A DNA stretch of 64,000 bases from a bacterium (GTDB taxonomy: Bacteria > Patescibacteriota > Minisyncoccia > Moranbacterales > DUUL01), in NCBI GenBank assembly GCA_018675685.1, contig JABGXP010000012.1, forward strand, positions 11,596 through 75,595, read 5' to 3'. Both the position numbers and the translations under genes were made by a program. The notes beneath the pieces were generated by a model. The model saw only the letters and a program-made list of their open reading frames with translations, was not told the origin of the DNA and did no database searches. Positions 10,617-19,363 of the stretch are shown here, in pieces. Each line of letters starts with the position of its first letter. Position 1 is the stretch's first letter.

Positions 10617-11213
10617 GTGTTTCCAAAAACATTTCAGAAATTAATAGATCAATTTTCAGCCCTCCCTTCAGTTGGACCAAAAATGGCTGAAAGATTGGTT
10701 TTATATCTTTTCAAACAAAATACAGACACCACAAAACAATTCGCAAGAGATCTGCATGAATTTGCAACAAATGTACATTATTGTTCGAGATGTTATAATA
10801 TATCTGAAGAAGAAGGTGAGTGTTCTATCTGCCGAGACAAAAAAAGAGATAAAAAAACAATTTGTGTTGTTGAGGAACCACTGGATATAATCGCTTTTGA
10901 AAAGACTAGACGTTTTTTGGGCTTGTACCATGTGCTTGGCGGAAACTTAAGTGTGATGAGTGCAGAAGAAATTAAAAAACTCAAAATCAATCAATTGGTT
11001 CAAAGAGTTAAGGACGAAGAAATAGAAGAAGTAATTGTCGCTACAAATCCAACGACCGACGGAGAAACAACATCCTTATATCTCGGTAGAATCCTAAGAC
11101 CTTTAAATGCTAAAGTAACAAGAATCGCTAGAGGACTGCCAACTGGCGGTGACATCGAATATGCCGACGAAATGACACTGCTCGGTGCTCTTGATGGAAG
11201 GAGAGAAATCTAA
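10617..11213 (+). CDS. recR: Recombination mediator RecR
   Basis: HhH LPSVGPKMAER, C4 zinc finger, Toprim ATNPTTDGE. Confidence 0.97.
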   Translation: MFPKTFQKLIDQFSALPSVGPKMAERLVLYLFKQNTDTTKQFARDLHEFATNVHYCSRCYNISEEEGECSICRDKKRDKKTICVVEEPLDIIAFEKTRRFLGLYHVLGGNLSVMSAEEIKKLKINQLVQRVKDEEIEEVIVATNPTTDGETTSLYLGRILRPLNAKVTRIARGLPTGGDIEYADEMTLLGALDGRREI

Positions 11214-11252
11214 TATTTATTTTTTTAAACTTTAAACATTAAAAATAAAAAA

Positions 11253-11909
11253 ATGACAAAAAAAATCGGAATGTTTCTTGTGATGGGTCTGTTTTGTGTT
11301 TCTTTTGTTGGTTGTGGTAAAGAAGTAGCGAAGACTGACGATGCAAATCAAGGTAAAGCCATTGAACATATGGAAAAAGAAATGGCAACAAAAACAGAAA
11401 AGATGGTTGAGAAGAGTGGTATAGCTGGTTTATTGGAAAAAGGCGATAAGATAAAATGTGAGTATAAAATAGAAACAGGAGATGATAATGCTACGGTTCT
11501 TACATATATTGATGGAGAAAAATTTAAGACAGAATCAAATATGGGAGGAATACAAGCAGTTTCAATTTTTGATGGAGAAAGTTACTATAGTTGGACAACG
11601 GGGAAGACAAAACAAGGGAGTAAGATTGATAAAAGATGTATGGAGGAAATGGAGGCTGAAACAATGGGTGATGAAATGGATGAGGATGACGACGACGACA
11701 TGACATTTGGGGATGTGGACGATATTGTTGCCTGGGAAAATGATATGCAAATGAATTGTTCTAAGACGGGTAACATCGACTGGACTATTCCAACAGATAT
11801 AAAGTTTATAGACACTTGCAAGATGATGGAAAACATGGAAAATCAAACACAAAACATGGAACAAATACAAAAAGATATGGAGCAGATGCAAAAAGACATG
11901 GGAATGTAG
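11253..11909 (+). CDS. Hypothetical lipoprotein, Met/Asp-rich
   Basis: Signal peptide with FVG-C lipobox; followed by terminator. Confidence 0.75.
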   Translation: MTKKIGMFLVMGLFCVSFVGCGKEVAKTDDANQGKAIEHMEKEMATKTEKMVEKSGIAGLLEKGDKIKCEYKIETGDDNATVLTYIDGEKFKTESNMGGIQAVSIFDGESYYSWTTGKTKQGSKIDKRCMEEMEAETMGDEMDEDDDDDMTFGDVDDIVAWENDMQMNCSKTGNIDWTIPTDIKFIDTCKMMENMENQTQNMEQIQKDMEQMQKDMGM

Positions 11910-11940
11910 GTTTGTTTTAAGTAGGTTTCAGATAAGTATA

Positions 11941-11968
11941 AAAGCACCAGTTATTGCTGGTGTTTTTT
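11941..11968 (+). terminator. Rho-independent terminator
   Basis: GCACCAG-ttattg-CTGGTGT stem plus T-run. Confidence 0.75.
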
Positions 11969-12071
11969 CTTTTATCACTATCAACATCAACCTTGCACCA
12001 ACCCTAAACACAAGCTAATATTAATCATTCCTCAAACACCCCTTATAATAAGGGTAAACAGCACCTAAATA

Positions 12072-12119
12072 TTTTTAGATACATCTATAGATGCCTCTAT
12101 AGTGACCTCTGTAGATGTT
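12072..12119. repeat. Four imperfect tandem 12-bp units (consensus ~TCTATAGATGCC)
   Basis: tttttagataca / tctatagatgcc / tctatagtgacc / tctgtagatgtt; contains palindrome CATCTATAGATG. Confidence 0.6.
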
Positions 12120-12296
12120 ACTATTATTGTTGAAGATAGATTCTTGTTTTTTTAAAGAAATATTTATTAAATTTTCGTTTTGCTGAACTGGGCTTGATGT
12201 AGAGAAATTAGAAGGCTGGTATTTGTCAAGTTTGAGCAAAAGTTGTAAACTGAAAGCAGACTTTCTGTGTGAGTAGAAACTTCAACACAAACCAGT

Positions 12297-12323
12297 GGAC
12301 CGGGCTACAAGCCCGCTCCAGCG
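12297..12323. repeat. GC-rich REP-like hairpin
   Basis: GGAC-CGGGCT-aca-AGCCCG-c-TCC-AGCG; 3' part GCTCCAGCG recurs at 13728-13736. Confidence 0.5.
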
Positions 12324-12368
12324 TGAACTTTTTTAATTTTGATAAAATAACAACTTAACAATGAATAC

Positions 12369-12839
12369 ATGATTGCTATAATCATTTTTTCAATTTTAGT
12401 CCTATGTTTAAACGGATATGCAATTTATTATGCGCTATTCAAAGACATGGATGGTTTGGGGGGCTATGTCGTGATTTTTTTTGGTTTTTTAGGGTTTGTG
12501 CCAACAATTTTTTGTTATGCGTTACTGATTACAAAATGGAAAACGTTAAGCAAGAAAATTAAAATTCTAGGCTTGATTTCAGTTTTATCAATATTTTTTA
12601 TTCCCATATCAATATATCACAGAGACTATCTTGATTGCATTAACAGAAAGAGCCACATAACCAACCGGATGGATTCAATTACACAAAATATTCAGTCATG
12701 GTATTTCAATGCTGATACAAAGAAATTCTATCTTTTGAAAGAGTATGGATATCAATTTTCTTCCAAAGATATTCCGGCTAATGGCGATTTTGATCAAACT
12801 GTTGTCCCTATGAGTTGCAGGAAATGGCTTAAAAAATGA
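12369..12839 (+). CDS. Hypothetical membrane protein (3 TM plus soluble C-terminus)
   Basis: 156-aa ORF with three hydrophobic segments. Confidence 0.65.
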   Translation: MIAIIIFSILVLCLNGYAIYYALFKDMDGLGGYVVIFFGFLGFVPTIFCYALLITKWKTLSKKIKILGLISVLSIFFIPISIYHRDYLDCINRKSHITNRMDSITQNIQSWYFNADTKKFYLLKEYGYQFSSKDIPANGDFDQTVVPMSCRKWLKK

Positions 12840-12884
12840 CATTAGGATAAGTAGCTGTCTGTCTCCTGGCACCAAGACCCAAAA

Positions 12885-13043
12885 ATGACTAATAAAAATA
12901 AATCCAAATGGTTTAGAATAGAAAGTATAGTACTAGTTCTTACTATAGTATTACTTGGGATTATAAGATCGTTTATTACTGTTGTTCCAGGATATGAAAA
13001 CAAAACAAATAAACAGTCGGCTCTAGACCATCAAACTATTTAA
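12885..13043 (+). pseudogene. Short single-TM ORF or gene remnant (52 aa)
   Basis: MTNKNKSKWFRIESIVLVLTIVLLGIIRSF...; below the ORF-track cutoff. Confidence 0.35.
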
Positions 13044-13375
13044 ATTTTCCTGTAATTATTTTTCATCTCTCTTCCATCTCCATTTGCACTCTTTTAAATG
13101 TAAATAGAAATATTTTTTAACACCATTAAATTTTGCAAGTCTCCTTTTGGTAAAAGACCAAAAAGATTCAATGCCATTAATGTGAATATGACCATTCCCA
13201 AGCAGTTCTTAAACGCCAGTTAAAATTCAATTTAGGAAGTTTATGTAGCAAAAAATTAATCATAGATTTAATTCTAATATAAAAGACATATTTCTTGCTG
13301 GGGATAAAAAATTTATGTCAAAGTTATTGATTCTCGCAGAAGATTGTAAAAATAACTTAAACACTAACTAAACAT

Positions 13376-13703
13376 ACGACATCTAAGTCAAACACAAAAG
13401 ATATTATTAAAATATTAATTACCGCGTTATCATTGGGTTGGATAGCTGTGGTTATAATCAATCTTTTTTCATATATCCCAATCTTTCTTTATTATAGATA
13501 TTATTTTAGTATTTTTGGAACTGGCATATTTCCTTTTATCTTTCCGAGTATAATTTTTTATTTTTTGGTAAAGCTTATCGCTAAAAAACACCCCGCTCTG
13601 TTTGAAAAAGTTTTCTTTTTTTACTTTATTTGCTCTAATTCCAATATTGATATGGATAATTCGGTCCATTTATTTCATAGTAACTTATAGTCCGATGGGG
13701 TAA
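13376..13703 (+). pseudogene. Membrane protein pseudogene (ACG in place of ATG; one extra base in a T7 run)
   Basis: Frame open from ACG 13376; hydrophobic sequence continues in the shifted frame after T-run 13616-13622 (TLFALIPILIWIIRSIYFIVTYSPMG*) to TAA 13703. Confidence 0.55.
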
Positions 13704-13754
13704 ATATGAGTCATTAAGTACCCCCCAGCTCCAGCGCAAAGTAGGAGAACTATA

Positions 13755-13779
13755 AGGTTCAGGTTGTAAACCTGAACCT
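13755..13779. repeat. Perfect 11-bp REP-like hairpin
   Basis: AGGTTCAGGTT-gta-AACCTGAACCT. Confidence 0.6.
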
Positions 13780-13857
13780 GCAGAGGTTATTCAAGTAATC
13801 ATGTAATTAATTACTTACATGATTTGTTTTTTATTAATAGATACTCTTAAAGATATC

Positions 13858-14826
13858 TTAAAATTTGGCCAAAATTGTCTTGATTTCTTCCAAATTTTCA
13901 ACTTGGAAGAACTCAGCTCGAAGCTTCTTAGCTTCTGGGAATCCTTTAAAATACCATCCAAGATGCTTTCGCATTTCTACAACATTTCCTTTTCCTTTAT
14001 ACTCCTCGATCAATTCGCAATGTCTCAGTGCGACTTTTTTTATTTCCTCAAGTGTTGGCTTAGTATATGTTCCAGTTGCAAAATATTCTTTGATTTGAGA
14101 AAAAATCCAAGGATTTCCAAAGCAACCACGAGCGATCCCAAGACCATCAGCAGCCGTTTTTTCAAAAACCTCTTTAGCTGTTTCTGGCGTAAAAATCCCA
14201 CCATTTGCAATCACTTCTTTTTTTGGATACTTCTCTTTTATTTTTTTGATTAAACCAAAATCGATATCGCCAGAAAAACCTTCATGGAAAGTTCTGCCAT
14301 GAACCATGATTGTTTTCCAATTTAAATCTGAAACTTCTTGAAGGAAATCAAAAGCTGAGACGTCATCGATACCTGCTCTGATCTTAATTGAAACGGGAAG
14401 GGAAGTGTTGTCTATGACAGCTGCTATTATTTTTTTTGCATGTTTTGGGTCTCGCATTAGCGCACAACCACTGTCTTGTTTCATTACTTTTTTTACAGGA
14501 CATCCAAAGTTAATATCAATTCCTTCTGGTCTGCGAGGGGTTGAACTTTTATTGATTTCATCAATCTTGGGCAAGTTGTCAATTATTTTTGTCGCCGAAG
14601 CAAAATGTTTAGGATTATTCCCAAAAAGTTGAATAATCAAAGGAAAATCTTGTTTACAGGAGTTGACAAGAGAGATGTTTTTCTGTAAGGTGTAATGCAG
14701 ACCAGTTGAGCTTAACATTTCTGAATACAGGGTGTCCGCACCAAGTTCTTTGCAGATAATTCGAAATGGTAGGTCGGTGATTCCAGCCATAGGGGCGAGG
14801 ATCAAGTTTGGAATTTCTTTTTTCAT
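13858..14826 (-). CDS. dusB: tRNA-dihydrouridine synthase (DusB-like)
   Basis: LAPMAGITD, IDINFGCP, MVHGRT, IANGGI; start placed at ATG 14826 rather than 15096. Confidence 0.93.
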   Translation of the reverse strand: MKKEIPNLILAPMAGITDLPFRIICKELGADTLYSEMLSSTGLHYTLQKNISLVNSCKQDFPLIIQLFGNNPKHFASATKIIDNLPKIDEINKSSTPRRPEGIDINFGCPVKKVMKQDSGCALMRDPKHAKKIIAAVIDNTSLPVSIKIRAGIDDVSAFDFLQEVSDLNWKTIMVHGRTFHEGFSGDIDFGLIKKIKEKYPKKEVIANGGIFTPETAKEVFEKTAADGLGIARGCFGNPWIFSQIKEYFATGTYTKPTLEEIKKVALRHCELIEEYKGKGNVVEMRKHLGWYFKGFPEAKKLRAEFFQVENLEEIKTILAKF

Positions 14827-14839
14827 ATGGAGGTTTAAT

Positions 14840-15115
14840 ATGGCTGAGTTAATTTTAGAGGCAAAAGAAGCTGCTAGCGAGTGGTTTAAGGGTAAAACAA
14901 AAGACAAAACTCTTATCCAATTAGCCATAGCCTTTGCTATGCTAGCACTGGATTCCGAAGAACATGAAGTTCGTGGAATTCTAAAAACACTCATTGAAAC
15001 ATTAAAAAGATTCAAAACAAAGGGAGCAGAAAAAATGATTAAGGCTGTTACAGAAGAGATGGAAATGCATTGGACGAATAAACCAGCTTCTAACAAACCT
15101 TTTCTCTTACTGTAA
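14840..15115 (+). CDS. Orphan 91-aa helical protein, divergent from dusB
   Basis: GGAGG SD at 14829-14833 before ATG 14840; candidate promoter TTGACA-17-TAAGGT at 14663-14691 inside dusB; hairpin downstream. Confidence 0.6.
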   Translation: MAELILEAKEAASEWFKGKTKDKTLIQLAIAFAMLALDSEEHEVRGILKTLIETLKRFKTKGAEKMIKAVTEEMEMHWTNKPASNKPFLLL

Positions 15116-15166
15116 AGAGGAATCAGAAAATGAATATGAAAACCACCAGTGGTGGTATATTCGGCA

Positions 15167-15201
15167 GGTGGCTTGGAAATATTATTTTCAAGCCACCCTT
15201 T
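15167..15201. terminator. Hairpin between the convergent orphan ORF and cysS
   Basis: GGTGGCTTG...CAAGCCACC 9-bp stem. Confidence 0.65.
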
Positions 15202-15207
15202 AGTTTT

Positions 15208-16647
15208 CTATTTTTTCATAACCACAAACCCCGCTGACTCATCTTCCACGACAAAACCTTGTTGAAGAATCTTATCTCTTAGTTTATCGGCTTTTTCAAA
15301 ATCTTTTTCTTCGCGTGCTTTTTTTCTTTGGTTTGCTAAATCAATGATTTCAGCAGGTATTTGCTCTTTTTTCTTTTCAATCAACTCCAATCCCAAGACT
15401 TTATTAATTTTATTCCAAAAGGATAGAAGCTCTTTTGTATCTGTTGAAGACAGGCCTTCTTCTGCGATAATCTGATTCACTTTCGTTATTAACTCGAATA
15501 CAACACTGAGAGCCTTTGGTGTATTTATGTCATCATCCATTGCCTCAACAAAACCTGCTTGAACTTTATCTAAATTTAAATCCTTTTGTTTTTCTGATTG
15601 AATCTCTTTTCCTTTGATTTCCTTTAAACTTTCTATTAATCGAGAAATTTTCTCCAGATTTTTTTGTGCTTGCTCCATCCCATCCCAAGTGAAGTTAATA
15701 TTAGAACGATAGTGCGAGCTGAGAATTAGGAGACGGAAAACCATAGGATCATATCCTTTTTTAATGATATCACGCAAGATATAAAAATTTCCTTTTGATT
15801 TTGACATTTTCTCTCCATTAACTAAAAGATGTCGGAGATGTAACCAAAACCTAGCAAAAGTTTGACCTGTTGCACCTTCAGATTGAGCAATTTCATTTTC
15901 GTGATGGGGGAAGATATTATCTTCTGCGCCAGTGTGGATGTCTAACGTTTCACCAAGATACTCCATACTCATTGCGCTACATTCGATGTGCCAACCTGGA
16001 TAGCCTAATGACCAAGGACTTTCCCATTTCAAAATATGCTCTTTCGGGGCCTTCAACCAAAGAGCAAAATCGTAAGCATGCTTTTTATCAGGATGCTTTT
16101 CAAGTCTTGCTCCATGCTTGAGTTCCTCAACTTTTTTGCCAGAGAGTTTCCCATAGTTTTTAAACTTTTCAACATCATAGAAAACATTTCCATTGCTTTC
16201 GTATGCCAAGCCTTTTTTGATTAAAGTCTCGATAAGATCAATCATTTGAGGGACATGTGCAGTGGCACGAGGATAGAACTGAGCTTTTTGAAAATTCATC
16301 TTCTTTGCATCTTCGAAAAACAAATCGATATAGAATTCTGCAATCTCCAAAGGAGACTTTTTTTCTTTTATTGCAGCCCTTAGCATCTTATCTTCGCCAC
16401 TATCAGCTTGATTTACTTCGTCATCAGTTAAGTGTCCAACGTCTGTAAAATTAAAAATATGACGGACCTCATACCCTTTAAATTTCAGATACCTTTTAAG
16501 TGTGTCTGCGAATGTGTATGCAGTAAGATTCCCAATATGTGCATGGTTATAAACCGTTGGTCCACAACTGTAGAACCGCACCTTTCCTTTTTCAATTGAG
16601 TTAAACTCCTCCTTCTCCCCCGAAAGGGTGTTGAATAATTTGAGCAT
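15208..16647 (-). CDS. cysS: Cysteine--tRNA ligase
   Basis: CGPTVY, HIGN, GWHIECS, FPHHENE, KMSKS. Confidence 0.98.
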   Translation of the reverse strand: MLKLFNTLSGEKEEFNSIEKGKVRFYSCGPTVYNHAHIGNLTAYTFADTLKRYLKFKGYEVRHIFNFTDVGHLTDDEVNQADSGEDKMLRAAIKEKKSPLEIAEFYIDLFFEDAKKMNFQKAQFYPRATAHVPQMIDLIETLIKKGLAYESNGNVFYDVEKFKNYGKLSGKKVEELKHGARLEKHPDKKHAYDFALWLKAPKEHILKWESPWSLGYPGWHIECSAMSMEYLGETLDIHTGAEDNIFPHHENEIAQSEGATGQTFARFWLHLRHLLVNGEKMSKSKGNFYILRDIIKKGYDPMVFRLLILSSHYRSNINFTWDGMEQAQKNLEKISRLIESLKEIKGKEIQSEKQKDLNLDKVQAGFVEAMDDDINTPKALSVVFELITKVNQIIAEEGLSSTDTKELLSFWNKINKVLGLELIEKKKEQIPAEIIDLANQRKKAREEKDFEKADKLRDKILQQGFVVEDESAGFVVMKK

Positions 16648-16651
16648 ATAT

Positions 16652-17569
16652 TTATTTTATAAATTGGCTTAGATATTTTTCTCCTCTGTCCGGAAACACA
16701 CAAACAATATGAGCTTTTTTGTTTCCAGAAAATTCTATTTTTTTAGCAATTTCAAGTGCACCATGTAAGGCAGCAGCAGAAGAAATTCCATAAAATAAAC
16801 CTTCTTGTGTGCAAAGTTGTTTATGTATTTTATGGACCTCTAGTTCATTTCGAATTTTGAATCCTTGATCAATAACCGTGAAATCAAGAATTGGTGGGAT
16901 ATATCCCTCTAAACTTCTTGGTCCAGGAATTGATGAATTTGAACCAACTTCAACTCCAACTACTTGAATTTGATTGTTAAAGCTCTTCATTCGTTTTCCA
17001 ATCCCACTAATTGTCCCACCCGTCCCAACAGTTGCAACTAAGTGAGTGATGTTCGGGATTTGCTTTGTGATTTCCTTCCCAGTTGTTTCAAAATGAACTT
17101 GAGCACATATTTGATTCTCATATTGATTGGGCATTACTAAAGAGGTATCACTTTTTGCTAACTCCTTTATTTTTTTGATTGCAGTTTCCCCAACCCACTC
17201 TTCTTTTTTGCAGAACTCAACTTTAGTACCAAACATCTTCAAGATCGCAATTCTCTCAGGAGTAGCATTTTCGGGGAGCACTATTCTAACGGCGTATCCT
17301 TTTTTAGCAGCTATCATCGCGAGTCCAATGCCCGTATTACCCGATGACGGTTCGATTATAGTTTTGTTCTTTTTGAGGAGTTTTCTTTTTTCTAAATCAG
17401 TTATAAGGGCGAGCGCAACACGATCTTTAATTGAACCTCCAATATTTTCTCCTTCTAGCTTTGCATATATATTATACTTCTTGGTGCAAAAAGAATCCAG
17501 CTGTATTAGCGGAGTATTGCCAATTAACTTCGTCAGATCAGTTGGTTTTCTGTTTGCCATAGCCAGCAT
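16652..17569 (-). CDS. PLP-dependent cysteine synthase (CysK/CysM family)
   Basis: IGNTPL, GGSIKDR (PLP lysine), EPSSGNTGIGLA, GTGGT, PDRGEKYLS. Confidence 0.92.
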   Translation of the reverse strand: MLAMANRKPTDLTKLIGNTPLIQLDSFCTKKYNIYAKLEGENIGGSIKDRVALALITDLEKRKLLKKNKTIIEPSSGNTGIGLAMIAAKKGYAVRIVLPENATPERIAILKMFGTKVEFCKKEEWVGETAIKKIKELAKSDTSLVMPNQYENQICAQVHFETTGKEITKQIPNITHLVATVGTGGTISGIGKRMKSFNNQIQVVGVEVGSNSSIPGPRSLEGYIPPILDFTVIDQGFKIRNELEVHKIHKQLCTQEGLFYGISSAAALHGALEIAKKIEFSGNKKAHIVCVFPDRGEKYLSQFIK

Positions 17570-17587
17570 TTTTAAAATTTAGAAAAT

Positions 17588-17868
17588 AAAAAAATCTCTC
17601 GTCCTTCATGAAAAAATACTTTTCATAAAAGGGCGAGAGATTTCGCGGTTCCACCTTTCTTTCGTATTGCAGAGAGTAGTAGTCGATTTTGATATTCACC
17701 AAAATGCTAGCTAAAAAACTAAATACGCTTAATTTGAGCTATTACGGAGCAAGACCGGCGAGAGTTGTCTACGAAGTTAATCGAGGTTTTATTTTCTCGC
17801 AATCTGTCTTTTGGAAAAGACTAGCAAGGCGCACACTTCCTTGCTTTGATTTTTTTGAAAAAAAGAAC
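17588..17868 (-). ncRNA. T-box riboswitch leader (Cys) for cysteine synthase-cysS
   Basis: Minus-strand AAGGTGGAACCGCG (17657-17644) pairing with CGCCCTT; alternative terminator TCTCTCGCCCTT...AAGGACGAGAGA plus U-run; CCGTAAT stem IIA-like loop; UGC in a 5' hairpin loop. Confidence 0.88.
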
Positions 17869-17874
17869 AATCTA

Positions 17875-17903
17875 AGCATATAAGTTTTTTAATAAAATGT
17901 CAA
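17875..17903 (-). promoter_or_regulatory. Sigma70 promoter of the T-box leader
   Basis: TTGACA (17903-17898), 17 nt, TATGCT (17880-17875). Confidence 0.75.
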
Positions 17904-17975
17904 AAATTATCAACAAAAAGACCCGCGAGTTTATAACAAGCGGGCCACAAAGCTCTTTGTAGGATTAGTTTTAAA

Positions 17976-18893
17976 CTATAACCATTTTTTTCTTCGAAAG
18001 AATGTAAGTAAGGAAACAACAGTAAAAAACATCAAGCCGAGAATAAACCAGAAAGTTGTTTTTTCATGGGCAATCGAGAAGGAGTCGAATGGTGCCATTC
18101 CAAAAATCCCAACTGTTACTGAAAGTGTAAAAGTTATAAGTGAAATAGCCGTCAAAAAACGCATTGCCTCATTAATCTTATAAGAAACAAGAGCATTGTT
18201 AGTTTCTTCAAGTGATTCAATTACTTCTTTGGTATTTTCAAGAGCATTCCAGACCCGGATATTGACACCTATGAGTTCTTGAAAATATTTATTCAAACTA
18301 TCATCTAACAAGTTATAGTGTTTTTGTACAAGAGATTCAAGGATGCTTCTTTGGGGTTTGAGAGTTCTCCTAAAAGCCAAGATATCCCTTTTCACAACTG
18401 AAGTTTCGCATACCATTTCTTTTTCTTTCCCGCTAAATATCTGTTTTTCTATTTCACTTAATTGTTCATTAATATGATCAATCTTTGGGAAACAAGAATC
18501 AAGCAATTTTTCTAAAATAAAATAAAGAAGATAAGCAGTTGATTCGGACATCGCTTGATTTTTAACTACCTCATTTTCATTAAACTCTTTAATGATTGCT
18601 TTGAGCGGTATGTTATCACCAATGTGGGCTGTAAAGAGATGATCCTTGGTAATTACAATATCCAATTCTCCTGGTGTAGTAACTCTTTTGGAGCGATCAA
18701 AGAGGGGGATATGTATCACGACGTATAGACAATTACTGAATTCTTGAGCTCGTGGACGTTGTGATGGGGAAGTAAACTCATCAAGAACAAGTGGGTCTAA
18801 TTTGAAATTATCTTTCACATATAAAATATCTTGAGGTGTCGGGTCTTGAATATCAATCCAAGTTAACTTATCTCCGCTGATTTTATTCATCAT
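17976..18893 (-). CDS. corA: CorA-family Mg2+/Co2+ transporter
   Basis: WIDIQDP, INEAMRFLT, two C-terminal TMs; signature reads GMA instead of GMN. Confidence 0.85.
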   Translation of the reverse strand: MMNKISGDKLTWIDIQDPTPQDILYVKDNFKLDPLVLDEFTSPSQRPRAQEFSNCLYVVIHIPLFDRSKRVTTPGELDIVITKDHLFTAHIGDNIPLKAIIKEFNENEVVKNQAMSESTAYLLYFILEKLLDSCFPKIDHINEQLSEIEKQIFSGKEKEMVCETSVVKRDILAFRRTLKPQRSILESLVQKHYNLLDDSLNKYFQELIGVNIRVWNALENTKEVIESLEETNNALVSYKINEAMRFLTAISLITFTLSVTVGIFGMAPFDSFSIAHEKTTFWFILGLMFFTVVSLLTFFRRKKWL

Positions 18894-19032
18894 GAATTTA
18901 TCGTTTATATTTTTCTTATTTTCTCTATTCTAGCAAGAAAGTTCATTATTTCAAAGCTTTATATTTTTGAATAAAATTTCAAATACCCGTACTTGCTAAA
19001 TATCTAAAAAAGTATTTAATTAAAGCAGTGAT

Positions 19033-19314
19033 ATGATGACTAATTTGAATCAAATGAAAAAAGTCTTAATTTTTTTGATAAAACTCTATCAAAAAACTCT
19101 CTCAAGAGACACCGGCCTCCTTTCTTATTTTTATAGTGAAAGAACTTGCAGGTTTCATCCCACTTGTTCACAATACACACTGGAAGCTATTAAGCGTTTT
19201 GGTTCTCTTAAGGGTTGCTACCTAGGTCTTTCCCGAGTGCTTCGATGCCATCCTTGGAGCGAGGGAGGGATTGACGATGTTCCAGAAAAATGTGAGAATA
19301 GAAAGCACAGATAA
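19033..19314 (+). CDS. yidD: Membrane protein insertion efficiency factor YidD
   Basis: [24 protein letters not shown]. Confidence 0.93.
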   Translation: MMTNLNQMKKVLIFLIKLYQKTLSRDTGLLSYFYSERTCRFHPTCSQYTLEAIKRFGSLKGCYLGLSRVLRCHPWSEGGIDDVPEKCENRKHR

Positions 19315-19363
19315 AAAAACCACTCAACAATAGATGATTGTTAAGAATTAGCCCCAAGATTGA

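Noticed and set aside
12290-13830. Integron cassette array
   Set aside because: No integrase in the window, and the hairpins lack recognisable attC RYYYAAC/GTTRRRY ends
14827-15096. 90-aa N-terminal extension of dusB in the ORF track
   Set aside because: The Dus family motif starts just after Met 14826; the extension is the antisense of the SD-led + strand ORF
17689-17883. 64-aa + strand ORF
   Set aside because: Antisense to the T-box leader, with no coding features
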